Source: a plasmid
Sequence record: NZ_CP106961.1
DNA length: 64,000 bases
Reading direction: 5' to 3' (one strand)
Shown: piece after piece, positions 11,124 through 21,585 of the stretch
Layout: the number at the start of each line of letters is the position of its first letter
Position numbering within the stretch: position 1 is the first letter of the stretch
Position numbers and translations under genes: made by a program
The notes under the pieces: generated by a model
What the model was told of the DNA's origin: nothing
What the model saw: the letters and a program-made list of their open reading frames with translations, nothing else
Databases searched by the model: none

Positions 11124-12661
11124 GATACAAAAGCTGTCCGGAGATGGCGGGTCAAGATCATCACTTACTGACTGCATACATTCCTCCTCTGTTGGACAAT
11201 CCAAAAAAGAAAAATGTGACTGTTATAAGTATGACTCAAAAAATTTTCTGCGCGATCATTCCATTCACGGAAGCAGGTCTGAAATCGTCACGAGATAACT
11301 GACCGGCTGGCAGGCACATAACAATCGTGGCATGCGAAATGCTGACAGATTTAAGAATCTGTGAAAGTGGTGAAAAAGACAATATTCAGAGGATAAATCT
11401 ACGGAGATGGGCCTGTTCCTGCTCATTCAGTTGAGCATACTCCTTAATTTGTCTGAACAACGATTCCTTGCTGTTAGACGCAACAGAAGAAAGATATTCC
11501 CCGCTCCGCCATTTATAAATATAAACCAGATAAAAAGGAGATGATGGTGAGTACTGATAGCTAATGGAGAGGTGATTGCAGATTCTTTGCTTTTCCATAT
11601 AATTAACATTGTTACCAAAAAAATATATATACATATTTTTGTTGATTTTGAAGCATGAGTACCGGCACGTTTCATAACACATAAACAGCGCCAGACACAG
11701 CAGGATGATGTCTACAGCAGTAAAGTTGCGGTTCCGAATTAACTGCCAGTTTCGGCATTGATAATCAATACTTAAAAAAAGCCCCGGTTGCGGGGCAACT
11801 TTGAGTCAAAACTGTTCTTATGTTTGTGTGCTTCGAGCGTTGATAACGTAAACACCATAACAGTCAGGGGTTAAATGGCAAATAAAATACATCTTATCTT
11901 TAGGCTTTTTGTGCGGTATCAGACCCTGGATATCCAGATTAAGGAAAAAGCGCTGCAATAATATACAGGATATATTTTACTCACTGCCAATATATGGTGT
12001 TTCTGCACCCTGTACAATACTCCGGCAGTGAAACATAATCGATACCGGGGTCAGATGTCTGCCCTATAAATTATGCACCGGCTTTTCCCCAATGGTTATC
12101 ACGCTCTTTTTGTCTGCGGGTGATGAACTAAATGCAGAAGTGATATGTCATGGTTCAGATACAGAGGTTCGCTAATAATGAACCCGTCAGGGTAATGAGC
12201 GTTCGACCTAATAAAGGGCAAATATGCGTTTATATGCTTACAAGGCGATAAGAGGTTTGACTGCCGGAAAATATTTTTCCTTTGCGTTAATGACCGGACT
12301 GGCTTGGCGCTCACAGCTGCAGGCAGGCCTGTGAACAGGGCACAATTCCCCGAAGCCCAATGTATAACAAGCGCAAATTCCCGGGTCCAGGAATAATCCC
12401 GGGCCAGAACCTGAGCGGTTTTTTCCGGGTAACATCCATCAGCGTAAACGACGACAACATCCGGAATCATCGTCAGCCGGAGACGACGGCTGCGTTGGTT
12501 GAAAACGGTTAAGTAGCTTTTAGATTCTCCAGGGGCGTGTCAGGAGAGGTAAGAATAATTCACAGGTGCTTTACATTGATATCTTCATTCCGGTAAAAAG
12601 CAACTGCGAGCCAGCAGGCCCGCAGTATGATTTCTAGCAGTTTAATAAACTGGCTATAAAA

Positions 12662-12847
12662 TCAGGAGTTGTCAGATTTACGGCCTCCGCCGTGACTGTT
12701 TTGTCCCCCTTTCTTGCCAGCTTCCGATGCGCGCTGCGGGTCGTTTTTAAAATTCCCTCCGCTATGCTGCCCGCCTTTACGTCCAGCTTCAGAAGCTTTT
12801 TCAGGGTTTTCAGCGAAATTACCGGAACCACCACGATGCTCTGCCAT
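12662..12847 (-). CDS. yciG: KGG-repeat general stress protein (YciG-like)
   Basis: Translation MAEHRGGSGNFAENPEKASEAGRKGGQHSGGNFKNDPQRASEAGKKGGQ matches the YciG family. Confidence 0.8.
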   Translation of the reverse strand: MAEHRGGSGNFAENPEKASEAGRKGGQHSGGNFKNDPQRASEAGKKGGQNSHGGGRKSDNS

Positions 12848-14141
12848 ATTAAACCTCATCTCTCATATATTGGTTATGTCAGTAAGATACGTAAGTATTT
12901 CGTATCTCTCGTCGTTCGATAAATAAATTTAGTCGATGTGCAGGTCCTGTCAAACCTGTTTTTTATCATGCGTGAGGGTTTCCTGATATTACGGGGGGTG
13001 ATTTTACGTTTCGCTTGATTTATATAATCGACCACACTTACGCCAGTAACCTGCTGTTTTATGGGAGGGCCTGTAACAAAAATCAAAGACTAAAAGTAGT
13101 TAACGAAGCGCAAAGCACAATGTTTTCATGTGTAAGCAATCAGTTTCCAAAGATATAAAACGGATTTTTCTTATTTTGGCCAAAAAAAAGCCGCTGGGGA
13201 GCGGCTGTAAACAAGGGAAATCCAGATGCTTTCATACTATTTCAGGCTAGCTGTTGTTTTCATTTTTCACAAGTTGAATTACATAAGAGGTGACCATGCC
13301 TGTATCACATACTAACGTTCAGAATATAACGATCATAAATATTCTCGACACTTTTAGCGTCAGGTTTGATATTTTTCAATAGATCCATATTGTCGGACAA
13401 AATTGTACATATCTGTCCGCGTGGAAATGCCCGCAGAAAACATCCGGAACCAGCGCCAGCCGGAAGCCATGGCCTATTCAGCAGTAATTACCCGTTGGCG
13501 CATTTACGATCGAACTGGAGAGAAAAAAGCCCGCACGGGAGCGGGCATAATTCCCTTAGTTTTGTTATCAATCCCGCGCTCAGGACGCAGGTATATAACC
13601 TATCGACAGCATAAACAATTACTTTAAGAAGGCAATTTTTCAGGTCGTTGCCTGGCTCAACGGCGCAGGCGCAAATGGGGCCAGGACAGGGGCTACAGCA
13701 GCAGTGACAGATGAAGCGGGATATGTTGTCGCCTCGTTATACGATGAGATTTTCTGCTCTGCTGATCGTACGCTGATATCCAGTGATGCTGCGGAGATCG
13801 AGGGGTAAGTCTGAGGAAGAAGCCGAAGTGGTGGGACGGGTGGCATTTTTCTTCAACTTAACTGACAGTGATGAGTGTCCGGTATAAGAAGCGGCATAAA
13901 TTTGAACGCCATGGCGGGGGGAGATTTAATGTCTCCCCTTGTGGCCTCTAATGTCCACTATGAGCGGGAAGCGGACATTGAGCCATTCAAATAATCTGTG
14001 CCAAAATTTGTCATTAAGGCCAGCACTTTCGGGTAGATCCATTTCCCGCCCGCCCCTTAAACTCACCTTTCTCACTCACCTACGGCTTATCACCGGGAGT
14101 AAAAAACCCGCCGAAGCGGGTTTAGTAATTTGAATTTATTC

Positions 14142-14468
14142 TCAGGCGGCCATCTTTCTGCATTGCTCTGCGCAGTGATGACAAGCTCTGGAGCACTCCT
14201 GGCAATGGTCATGTTCATGCTTTCCACACTCATCGCCGCACTTCTGACAAACGTCAGCGCAAAGACGGCAGAGCGCTTGGGCTGAATCGCTATTTAGTGT
14301 CATGAATTGAGCTGCAAGACGGCAGATATTTGCACATTGCATATCCAGTTTTATGCACTCGCGCATCATCTCAAGATTCTCTTCTTCGAGACACGAAGCC
14401 GCACAGTTATCACATGCAGTTGCGCATAGATAACAGGATTCGATGCATTTTTTATATTCGTCTAACAT
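14142..14468 (-). CDS. Cysteine-rich four-helix-bundle copper-binding protein (DUF326 family)
   Basis: 108 aa with repeated CxxxC/CxxC motifs (CATACDNCAASC, CANICRLAA, CADVCQKCGDEC, CHHCAEQC). Confidence 0.7.
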   Translation of the reverse strand: MLDEYKKCIESCYLCATACDNCAASCLEEENLEMMRECIKLDMQCANICRLAAQFMTLNSDSAQALCRLCADVCQKCGDECGKHEHDHCQECSRACHHCAEQCRKMAA

Positions 14469-14605
14469 AATATCTCCTCAGCTAAGGTTACGTATTAAGC
14501 ATAGAAGAGATAACTGATTATACAATAATGGAATTAGTTAATAACCTTTTCAAGGTTTCACTCATATGATTTTAAATGCAAATTTAGGGTTACTTAAGCA
14601 CCAAT

Positions 14606-14629
14606 GCCCGCTTCTGGCACAAAGCGGAC
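14606..14629. repeat. Conserved hairpin motif, copy A (gcccgcttctggcacaaagcggac), immediately 3-prime of the vapC stop
   Basis: Stem CCGCTT/AAGCGG with loop CTGGCACA. It is one of five copies in the window. Confidence 0.8.
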
Positions 14630-14656
14630 ATCCCCCTTTCTCCGTTCTGTCTGCCG

Positions 14657-15073
14657 TCAGTTAACCCAGTCTTCCAGCACCAGGCCCGGCACGCGTTCAA
14701 ACTCTCTCACATTATTCGTCACGAGGACGGCACCAGCAGCAATCGCATGCCCGGCAATTGCCGTGTCGTTAGGGCCGATTGGCGTCCCGGCGAGGCGCAG
14801 CGCGACCTTAATGTCCGTGGTGGCGTCCACCGCAGCGCTGTCCCAGGGCAGGATGGCATCGAGGCGGGCGCAGAATGCGTCAACCAGCTGGATGTGGCGC
14901 GGGGAGGCTTTCGGGCCGGTGGCGCCGAAGCGCATCTCGGAATAGGTGATGGCCGAGATCACGATACGCTGGTTGCGCAGCACCGCCTGCTCCAGACGCT
15001 TCAGGACGGCTTCCGGCTGCTCGCGCATGATGAATGAGCAGATACAGGTGTCCAGCATATAGGTTTTATTCAC
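14657..15073 (-). CDS. vapC: VapC toxin (PIN-domain RNase) of a VapBC/MvpAT-type toxin-antitoxin pair
   Basis: PIN motifs (MLDTCICSF, VLVTNNVREFERVPGLVLEDW) resemble MvpA/VapC. The ATG overlaps the vapB stop (ATGA). Confidence 0.85.
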   Translation of the reverse strand: MNKTYMLDTCICSFIMREQPEAVLKRLEQAVLRNQRIVISAITYSEMRFGATGPKASPRHIQLVDAFCARLDAILPWDSAAVDATTDIKVALRLAGTPIGPNDTAIAGHAIAAGAVLVTNNVREFERVPGLVLEDWVN

Positions 15074-15300
15074 AGATCAAATCGTCCTTCGTCGGTGACA
15101 ACGTCCTCGCGCTCCGCCATAAAGTCCGGGTCTGCCTTCTCGAGCTGCGCGAACGAGCCCCAGGTCGGCCGGACGGGACGCAAAATAATGCTGTCCCCTT
15201 CCCGGACGATCTCCAGCTCGCTCACCCCCTCAAAATCGAGATCGCGGGGGAGGCGGATGGCGCGGTTGTTGCCATTTTTAAAAATGGATACGGTTCTCAT
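15070..15300 (-). CDS. vapB: VapB antitoxin (SpoVT/AbrB-type)
   Basis: 76 aa. The N-terminal sequence MRTVSIFKNGNNRAIRLPRDL is typical of VapB/MvpT antitoxins. It is translationally coupled to vapC. Confidence 0.85.
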   Translation of the reverse strand: MRTVSIFKNGNNRAIRLPRDLDFEGVSELEIVREGDSIILRPVRPTWGSFAQLEKADPDFMAEREDVVTDEGRFDL

Positions 15301-15369
15301 TTACGTTACACCCCATAATGCATGCGCCCGATACTCTGGGCATGGCCTGTGAAAAGCACAGGCGAATAA

Positions 15370-15470
15370 AAAAACACCACCTACCATTGCATAGGTATAG
15401 TATATGCAGATGTGAGGCATATGTATAGAGTCTAGATATGCAGATGTATGGCATATGGATATGGTCAGCC
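15370..15470. promoter_or_regulatory. Direct repeats (ATATGCAGATGTRWGGCATATG x2-3) upstream of vapB. This is a putative vapBC operator and promoter.
   Basis: The repeats are read from the sequence directly upstream of the vapB start. Toxin-antitoxin operons are typically autoregulated at such repeats. Confidence 0.4.
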
Positions 15471-15799
15471 TATACGGAGTATTCTCTTTTTTGCGCAGAT
15501 CCGAAAAAAGGTAAAGTCGGATCTGGACTGAGTAACCGTATGGAGGGGGATGGAAATACGGTAAGAGGGAGTCAAAGCAAAAGGCAGGTAGGAACGAAAG
15601 GTCCGCCTTGAGCGAGGAGCGGAACTTCACTCATACTCCCTCAGTTGATTGGATTAAAATTATCGTGCTGTCACCCACTCAGCTTCGCTGTAAGGGTGAC
15701 CAGCGAAAATTAAGCACAAATTTCTGAGATACAGGTTTTGCCGTCGTAAGACGAAATATTGGGCAGACAGTATTCGATCTCAGAGTCAAGCTCACTTAC

Positions 15800-16189
15800 T
15801 TATTTATCGACCATCAGCGGTACATCTTCCATTCTTGCGCCGCCGTTCAGCCGGAATGTGATAGTGATAATTTTCGGCAACGAAGTGGGTTCCAGGCCAC
15901 ACCACTTATTCATTGCACGGAGCGTTTCTTTCTCAAACACATCGGCGGGCTGCGCTGATAAGATTATGATGTTTTCCGCACACCCTTTTGTATTCACAGT
16001 GTATGAAGCCCTTACAACCCCCTCAATCCGGCCAGCCTGTGCTTTTGCAGGATAATAGGGCTGGTTCACCGTGGCGGATTTACCTGCCTTTGTGTCTCCA
16101 GGCGCATGTTGCTGGCCCGACAGTGTTTGCTTGTGAACACACCCTGTTGCCAGCATAGCCAGCGTTATAGCCATCATTAAACGTTTCAT
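15800..16189 (-). CDS. TonB C-terminal-domain family lipoprotein
   Basis: Signal peptide with a lipobox (MKRLMMAITLAMLATGC). The C-terminal part is TonB_C-like. An AAGGAAAAG ribosome-binding site lies upstream. Confidence 0.55.
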   Translation of the reverse strand: MKRLMMAITLAMLATGCVHKQTLSGQQHAPGDTKAGKSATVNQPYYPAKAQAGRIEGVVRASYTVNTKGCAENIIILSAQPADVFEKETLRAMNKWCGLEPTSLPKIITITFRLNGGARMEDVPLMVDK

Positions 16190-16353
16190 TCTTTTCCTTG
16201 ATAAAGCAGCCACCTGTAGCATCCCCAGCAAAATGAATACCGGACGTATTATTAGCAACTCGATAATAATACGTATTCATAGAAAGGTGCATGTGTGAGT
16301 ATTCCTGCAAAACTAACCATCAACCTTTAGAGAGTCTCTGGCAACCCCAACTT

Positions 16354-16375
16354 CCGCTTCTGGCACAAAGCGGAC
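16354..16375. repeat. Conserved hairpin motif, copy B (ccgcttctggcacaaagcggac)
   Basis: Same stem and loop as copy A. It lies about 180 bp 3-prime of the GIY-YIG gene. Confidence 0.8.
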
Positions 16376-16558
16376 CAGTGCGCAGAGCTAGGTCCGATAA
16401 GAGCGAGGAGCAGACGTTGACCATTCTGTTCAACGTCTTCAGACTCAGCCCTTAACTCTCAGTTCTTCGCGAATTGGACCTTGAAAGTAGATGCTACCTT
16501 TATGGTAAAGATCAACTGACTCATGGTGATGAGTCAGTTAAAATCTGTAAAAAAAATC

Positions 16559-17299
16559 TTAGACAATCCCAACTTTTACAAATGGACTTCCGTGACTGCG
16601 TGTTTTTTTGATTAATTTACCCACATACAAGTCTCTAACTTCTTTAGCTGCAATTCGGCCAACAAACTCGGAGCGATTGGTATTCATAGTAATGTTTAAA
16701 TCACGCGTAAAGTATTGTTGAGAGCCAGCCTTCACCCAGCACTGTATTTCATAGACCTCCATGACAAGCCCGCCATAAGTTGCGTAAGCAAATTTAAGTC
16801 TCTCGTCTTTAGGGATATTTGCCCAAATGCCGCGAGTGGACTCATATAGCTCCAATGCGCTCATACCAGACTTGTATGTACTGTTTAAAAGAAAGGCGAG
16901 CCCGGCATGTTCACATGCGATTTCGGTTTCTTCTTTGAGTAGCAAGTGCTGGAGTTCATCAAGCGTGATGCGTCCCATAAGAGAGCTACTTCCTCGAACT
17001 TTATTAGTAAGTTCTCCCACACCTAAGAGATCGATACATGTTGCCTCAACAAGTTTGGCCGTTGATTCATCCATTCCATGGCGAAGAATATCGATACCCA
17101 AGTTTTTTCTTTCTAAAAGCTCTTTGATCCGCTCAGATTTCGGAGATTCATCAGGACGTTTGATATGGTCAAGACAGCGATCGGACTTCCCCTTTCCAAT
17201 GTAAAAAGGCTTCTTGAACTCATCTTCCTTGTCATAAAAGGCATATACATAGTACTTAGCCAAATCCAAAGATTTTGTATATTTTGATAAATCCCTCAA
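16559..17299 (-). CDS. GIY-YIG nuclease-family protein (246 aa)
   Basis: The N-terminal sequence YVYAFYDKEDEFKKPFYIGKGKSDRCLDH matches the GIY...YIG motif. The C-terminal 150 aa are uncharacterised. Confidence 0.65.
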   Translation of the reverse strand: MRDLSKYTKSLDLAKYYVYAFYDKEDEFKKPFYIGKGKSDRCLDHIKRPDESPKSERIKELLERKNLGIDILRHGMDESTAKLVEATCIDLLGVGELTNKVRGSSSLMGRITLDELQHLLLKEETEIACEHAGLAFLLNSTYKSGMSALELYESTRGIWANIPKDERLKFAYATYGGLVMEVYEIQCWVKAGSQQYFTRDLNITMNTNRSEFVGRIAAKEVRDLYVGKLIKKTRSHGSPFVKVGIV

Positions 17300-17423
17300 T
17301 GTTTGTTTCCTTAGCTACCGATGTTGAAATTAATTTCATTATCGGCATGACGTAATAGAACTTAAGTCCTGGTTGAGAAAGTGAACTCCTTACAATTTAT
17401 TCTTGTGCCACGATGTTAGTCAC

Positions 17424-17446
17424 GTCCGCTCCTGGCACAAAGCGAC
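17424..17446. repeat. Conserved hairpin motif, copy C (gtccgctcctggcacaaagcgac), upstream of the GIY-YIG gene
   Basis: Variant copy that retains the loop CTGGCACA. Confidence 0.7.
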
Positions 17447-17877
17447 CTTTGTCATGAATCCTGACTCACTGTCTGAGGCAGGAGCAGGCCCGCTGAATGC
17501 GGCTTTAGCGGCAGGAAGCGTTAGATAACGTTGAGCTGAACGGCGCCGTAAGCCCGGCTCCGCCGGTTATATTCTGATATATGGCGCTCCCCATTCCTGT
17601 CAGTGTATCGAATCTCACAGGTGAACCAGCCGCAGACTGCTTCCATAGGCTGCAGGTTAAAACGTTTGCTTACTTTCTGAATCATGAGGGCTTTTCTGGT
17701 GGCCCAATATCCGGTTAACGATAACTTTCAGAAAATGAACCCTGCCTCTCTGGGATGATTAGGATTAACTAATCATCTTATGGAATTGTAAAATCCCGTA
17801 TGAAATTAAAAAATCTGTGCGGGATTGCCGTTTTATTAAGGCTGCACTGCAGTCAATTAAAGAGAGGGAGACTGAAT

Positions 17878-18300
17878 ATGCGTGTTCGCCTGACCACTGA
17901 AAACGATGCTATATCACTGATTACTATCGATATTGTTGCCCAGAGCCAGCCAAAAGGTGCGGCGCAAATCCGCATCTGGTGTGCCTGGTCTGTCTGTTAT
18001 ATTGCCGAACTGCAGGGAATAGCGATGGGATATGGCGTGCTGAACTACCATTTCTTCGGCTACGGCTTTATTGAAATGCTGATGGTAGGGGAACACTACC
18101 GCCGCAGGGGTATCGGTCTGGCGTTGATTGCAGCATTGAAGTCCCGCTGCCAGCACCCGAAGCTGTTCACCTCCACCCATCGTTCTAACCTGCCAATGCA
18201 ACGGCTGCTGTTGAACGCCGGATTTATCCCCAGCGGTCAGGTCGACAATCTCGATGACGGGGACCCGGAAGCGATATTTTTTATTCCAGCCTTAACGTAG
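17878..18300 (+). CDS. GNAT-family N-acetyltransferase
   Basis: Acetyl-CoA-binding motif (RRRGIGLALI). Start chosen at MRVRLTTEND, which has a ribosome-binding site. Confidence 0.7.
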   Translation: MRVRLTTENDAISLITIDIVAQSQPKGAAQIRIWCAWSVCYIAELQGIAMGYGVLNYHFFGYGFIEMLMVGEHYRRRGIGLALIAALKSRCQHPKLFTSTHRSNLPMQRLLLNAGFIPSGQVDNLDDGDPEAIFFIPALT

Positions 18301-18759
18301 CGCAGAGAGAAGGGTACACAGACACCCATATCCAGGGTGCCAGGCTCAGCGAGGCCAGGGTTTTAGCGACCTCTGTATCTAACGGGAAGTGCCTCTCTGA
18401 GAAGGTTCTGGCAGTGAATCAGGCAAAAACTGGCCGGGTGTAAGGTAAATCATCTTTCTGATAAATCGGGTCTTTACCTTCAGGCTGCGTCTGAGATTGC
18501 TGCCGATAATTGCTAACTGTTTTACGCAAATATTCCCGCAACGCTACCGGCTGCTGCCGCTCGGCTTGATGCGGCATCATCCTGACCTTTTCCCGGCTGT
18601 CTTTGACCGTCATCCCCGGCCAGCATTCCTCAACGTATCCGATAAGAAACCTCCCGATTGCCTTGCTGTCGATTGCGTTATCAATCATGGCAGCTAAGCT
18701 TAGTTGACACTTACCCGGTCGGGCAGCCACACCTTTCCGGCCGCAAGCAGGAGAAGATC

Positions 18760-19893
18760 ATGAAAGCAGTTATTTACAACGGTCCCTATGATGTAAAAGT
18801 TAAAGACGTGCCGGATGCAAAAATTGTTCGCCCCACCGATGTGCTTGTCCGCATTACCACCACCAATATTTGTGGATCGGATTTGCACATGTACGAGGGT
18901 CGGACCAGCTTTGAGCAGGGACGTATTTTGGGGCACGAAAACCTGGGTGAGGTGGTTGAAATTGGCTCAGGAGTGGAGCGTGTTAAGGTCGGTGACTATG
19001 TCTGTCTGCCATTTAATGTCGGATGCGGTTTTTGCGAGAATTGTGAAAAAGGTCTGACCGGTTTTTGCCTCACCACCAATCCCGGTACTGTGGGCGCGGC
19101 CTATGGTTTTGCTGAAATGGGCTCCTGGGAGGGTGGTCAGGCGGAACTGCTTCGGGTCCCCTTTGCAGACTTTAACTGCCTGGTGCTTCCGCCTGACGCA
19201 GTAGAAAAAGAAGATGATTATGTGATGCTCTCTGACATTTTCCCTACCGGCTGGCATGCGACAGAACTCGCCGGATTAAAGCCTGGCGAAAGCGTAGCCA
19301 TTTACGGCGCGGGGCCGGTGGGTCTGATGGCCGCACACTCAGCCATGATAAAAGGCGCTTCACAGGTATTTGTAGTGGATACACACCAGGACCGTTTAGC
19401 GCTGGCAGAGAAAATGGGGGCGACGGGCATCAATGCGACCGGCGATGAAGCCGTGCAACGAATTCTCGACTTAACTGACGGACGCGGCACTGACTGTGGC
19501 TGTGAATGCGTGGGCTATCAGTGCTGTAACAAACATGGCCATGAAGATAATTCGGTCACTATGAACAGCCTCGTTGCATCAACCAAAGCAACCGGGGGAA
19601 TTGGTGTGGTTGGCGTGTTTATCCCGCAGGATCCGGGAGCTGCATCAGACCTTTCCAAAGAAGGTAAGATGCCGTTTGATTTCGGCAGTTTTTGGTTTAA
19701 AGGACAGTCAATCCGCACCGGCCAGGCGAACGTCAAAGCCTATAATCGTCAGCTGGCCCGTCTGATCCATCAGGGTAAAGCCAGCCCGGGCGGCATAATC
19801 TCACACCGTCTTTCACTTGCTGAGGCGCCTGAGGGATATAAGCACTTTGACGATCGCGATGAGGGATGGACGAAGGTTATCCTTAAGCCTTAA
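18760..19893 (+). CDS. fdhA: Glutathione-independent formaldehyde dehydrogenase (zinc-dependent ADH family)
   Basis: MKAVIYNGPYDVKVKDVPDAKIVRPTDVLVRITTTNICGSDLHMYEGR with a GHE zinc motif and a GAGPVG Rossmann motif. Confidence 0.8.
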   Translation: MKAVIYNGPYDVKVKDVPDAKIVRPTDVLVRITTTNICGSDLHMYEGRTSFEQGRILGHENLGEVVEIGSGVERVKVGDYVCLPFNVGCGFCENCEKGLTGFCLTTNPGTVGAAYGFAEMGSWEGGQAELLRVPFADFNCLVLPPDAVEKEDDYVMLSDIFPTGWHATELAGLKPGESVAIYGAGPVGLMAAHSAMIKGASQVFVVDTHQDRLALAEKMGATGINATGDEAVQRILDLTDGRGTDCGCECVGYQCCNKHGHEDNSVTMNSLVASTKATGGIGVVGVFIPQDPGAASDLSKEGKMPFDFGSFWFKGQSIRTGQANVKAYNRQLARLIHQGKASPGGIISHRLSLAEAPEGYKHFDDRDEGWTKVILKP

Positions 19894-20197
19894 CTGACGC
19901 TGATCGGTTATAAAAGTTAAATCGGAACAATTAAACCGGAACAATGTAGAAATATCGACGGGATACCATTGCGTATCCTGTCATAATATTTATCTTCTGC
20001 TGCCAGGCTCGCCCCTGTATCTATTGTGATGTTTAATGACGCATTATGAATATTATCAGGACCTGTGAATAGCGCCCGATCTTCTTCAGGCATAAACGAA
20101 ATAAACGCTATTCATGTAATAACGATGAGAGTGGGTGAGAATGAAGTGCGATATTATAAGGATTCTATGTAACATCATGTCGGGATAGATCCAGAGT

Positions 20198-20231
20198 CAA
20201 AGCCACCTGAGTATTACAGGTGGCTTTTAAA
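20198..20231. terminator. Bidirectional rho-independent terminator between fdhA and the hydrolase gene
   Basis: aaagccacctgagtattacaggtggcttttaaa forms a GC stem flanked by A and T runs. Confidence 0.65.
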
Positions 20232-20249
20232 CGATTCTGAGCTGCGTTT

Positions 20250-21386
20250 TTACCTTAAGCTGGTTTTGAAAAACTGTTCAAACCTGGCAAAAGGGATCTT
20301 ACCTGCAGCGTTGTCGTATAAGTCCACGTGGTTTGCGCCGGGGACGATCACAAGCTCTTTTTCAGTGCTGCCAACCGCTTTGTAGGCATCTTCTGCAAAA
20401 TAGCGCGAGTGCGCTTTTTCACCTGTAACAATCAACACAGGAATAGTGATTTCATTTGCGTAGCTAAGCAGCGGCATATTCATAAACGACAAGGGCATCG
20501 TTGCATTCCATGCGCCATTAGAGTTAACAGAACGCCCATGGAAGCCGCGTGGCATTCTGTAATAATCAAAAAACTCTTTCAGTACCGGGTGTGGATTCGC
20601 GGGTAATGTTTCCGGCAGAATTCGCTCAGAAGCGCTTACGCTGCCATTCTTATCCACATTAATATCGTGACTACCGCGGGCGATAGTTCCGCTTTCAGCA
20701 TCTTTCCAGCGCTGCTCGTTCAGGTACTGTAATACGGCACGGCGATCGGCTGTTGAATAACGGTCTTTGCCATCACCAACGCCATGTCCCATCGCCCGGC
20801 TCATGTCGTACATCACGCTGGTCGCAACTGCTTTTACGCGTGTATCCATCGCCGCCGCATTGAGTGCCATGCCTCCCCAGCCGCAAATACCGAGTAATCC
20901 AATACGATGGCGATCCACCTCTTTTTGTAATCCAAGGAAATCAACCGCCGCGCTAAAGTCCTCAGTGTTGATATCCGGAGAGGCGACATTACGCGGATAG
21001 CCACCACTTTCACCCGTGTAAGAAGGATCGAATGCCAGCGCAACAAATCCCTGTTCGGCCAGGGTCTGTGCATACAGGCCGCTTGATTGCTCTTTGACCG
21101 CACCGAAAGGACCACTTAATGCAATCGCAGCCAGTTTACGTTCGCCCCGGTTTTTGGGGATGTAAAGATCCCCTACTAATATGATCCCGTAACGGTTCTG
21201 GAATGCCACCTTGCGATGATCAACCTTATCGCTCTCTGCAAAGGTTTTATCCCATTTTTCTACCATTGAAACAGGCGAGTTCGGATTAGATGTGTCAGCA
21301 TAACTCATTGTCGTAACTCCACTTAATGATACGCATAGCAGCATAGCGGGTAGCGCGGCTGTCAGCTTTCTGGTGAAAACATTCAT
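20250..21386 (-). CDS. Secreted alpha/beta-hydrolase family protein
   Basis: Signal peptide followed by a GxCxWG nucleophile-elbow-like motif (LGICGWGG). 378 aa. Confidence 0.6.
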   Translation of the reverse strand: MNVFTRKLTAALPAMLLCVSLSGVTTMSYADTSNPNSPVSMVEKWDKTFAESDKVDHRKVAFQNRYGIILVGDLYIPKNRGERKLAAIALSGPFGAVKEQSSGLYAQTLAEQGFVALAFDPSYTGESGGYPRNVASPDINTEDFSAAVDFLGLQKEVDRHRIGLLGICGWGGMALNAAAMDTRVKAVATSVMYDMSRAMGHGVGDGKDRYSTADRRAVLQYLNEQRWKDAESGTIARGSHDINVDKNGSVSASERILPETLPANPHPVLKEFFDYYRMPRGFHGRSVNSNGAWNATMPLSFMNMPLLSYANEITIPVLIVTGEKAHSRYFAEDAYKAVGSTEKELVIVPGANHVDLYDNAAGKIPFARFEQFFKTSLR

Positions 21387-21585
21387 TTAAATTCCCCTGA
21401 AAAAGAAAAGTGAGGTACCGGTTTCATACGGAGAGTACTGCTGTGCTTTGATGCAATGCGCTCATTATAGGTAGCAGAAATAGTGCTGATTAGAGGGTAA
21501 AAATTGCTAGGATTAATAGCATATTGTTATAAATGAAGGGCCGCAGCAGACATCATTTGCGGCCAGATATTCTGAGGACGCGCAA

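Larger units (their letters stand above)
9828..11172 (+). mobile_element. IS2-like element (IS3 family, IS2 group), approximate ends
   Basis: OrfA and OrfB are very similar to IS2 InsC and InsD. Imperfect terminal repeats lie near 9828 (tgtagccccctgaaacaccagaca) and near 11160. Confidence 0.65.

Noticed and set aside
14606-14629. Interpretation of the TGGCAC-containing hairpin loop as a sigma-54 (-24/-12) promoter
   Set aside because: The -24 TGGCAC is present, but the required TTGC(A) -12 element at the correct spacing is absent in all five copies (the -12 position reads GGAC instead).
14560-14660. Interpretation of the hairpins as integron attC sites
   Set aside because: No GTTRRRY core or inverse-core pairs bound the hairpin, the length is too short (24 nt) for attC, and no intI or attI is present.
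18419-18730. 103-aa minus-strand ORF between the GNAT gene and fdhA
   Set aside because: No recognisable motifs and it overlaps the fdhA promoter region. It may be a transposase fragment or spurious, so it is left uncalled.
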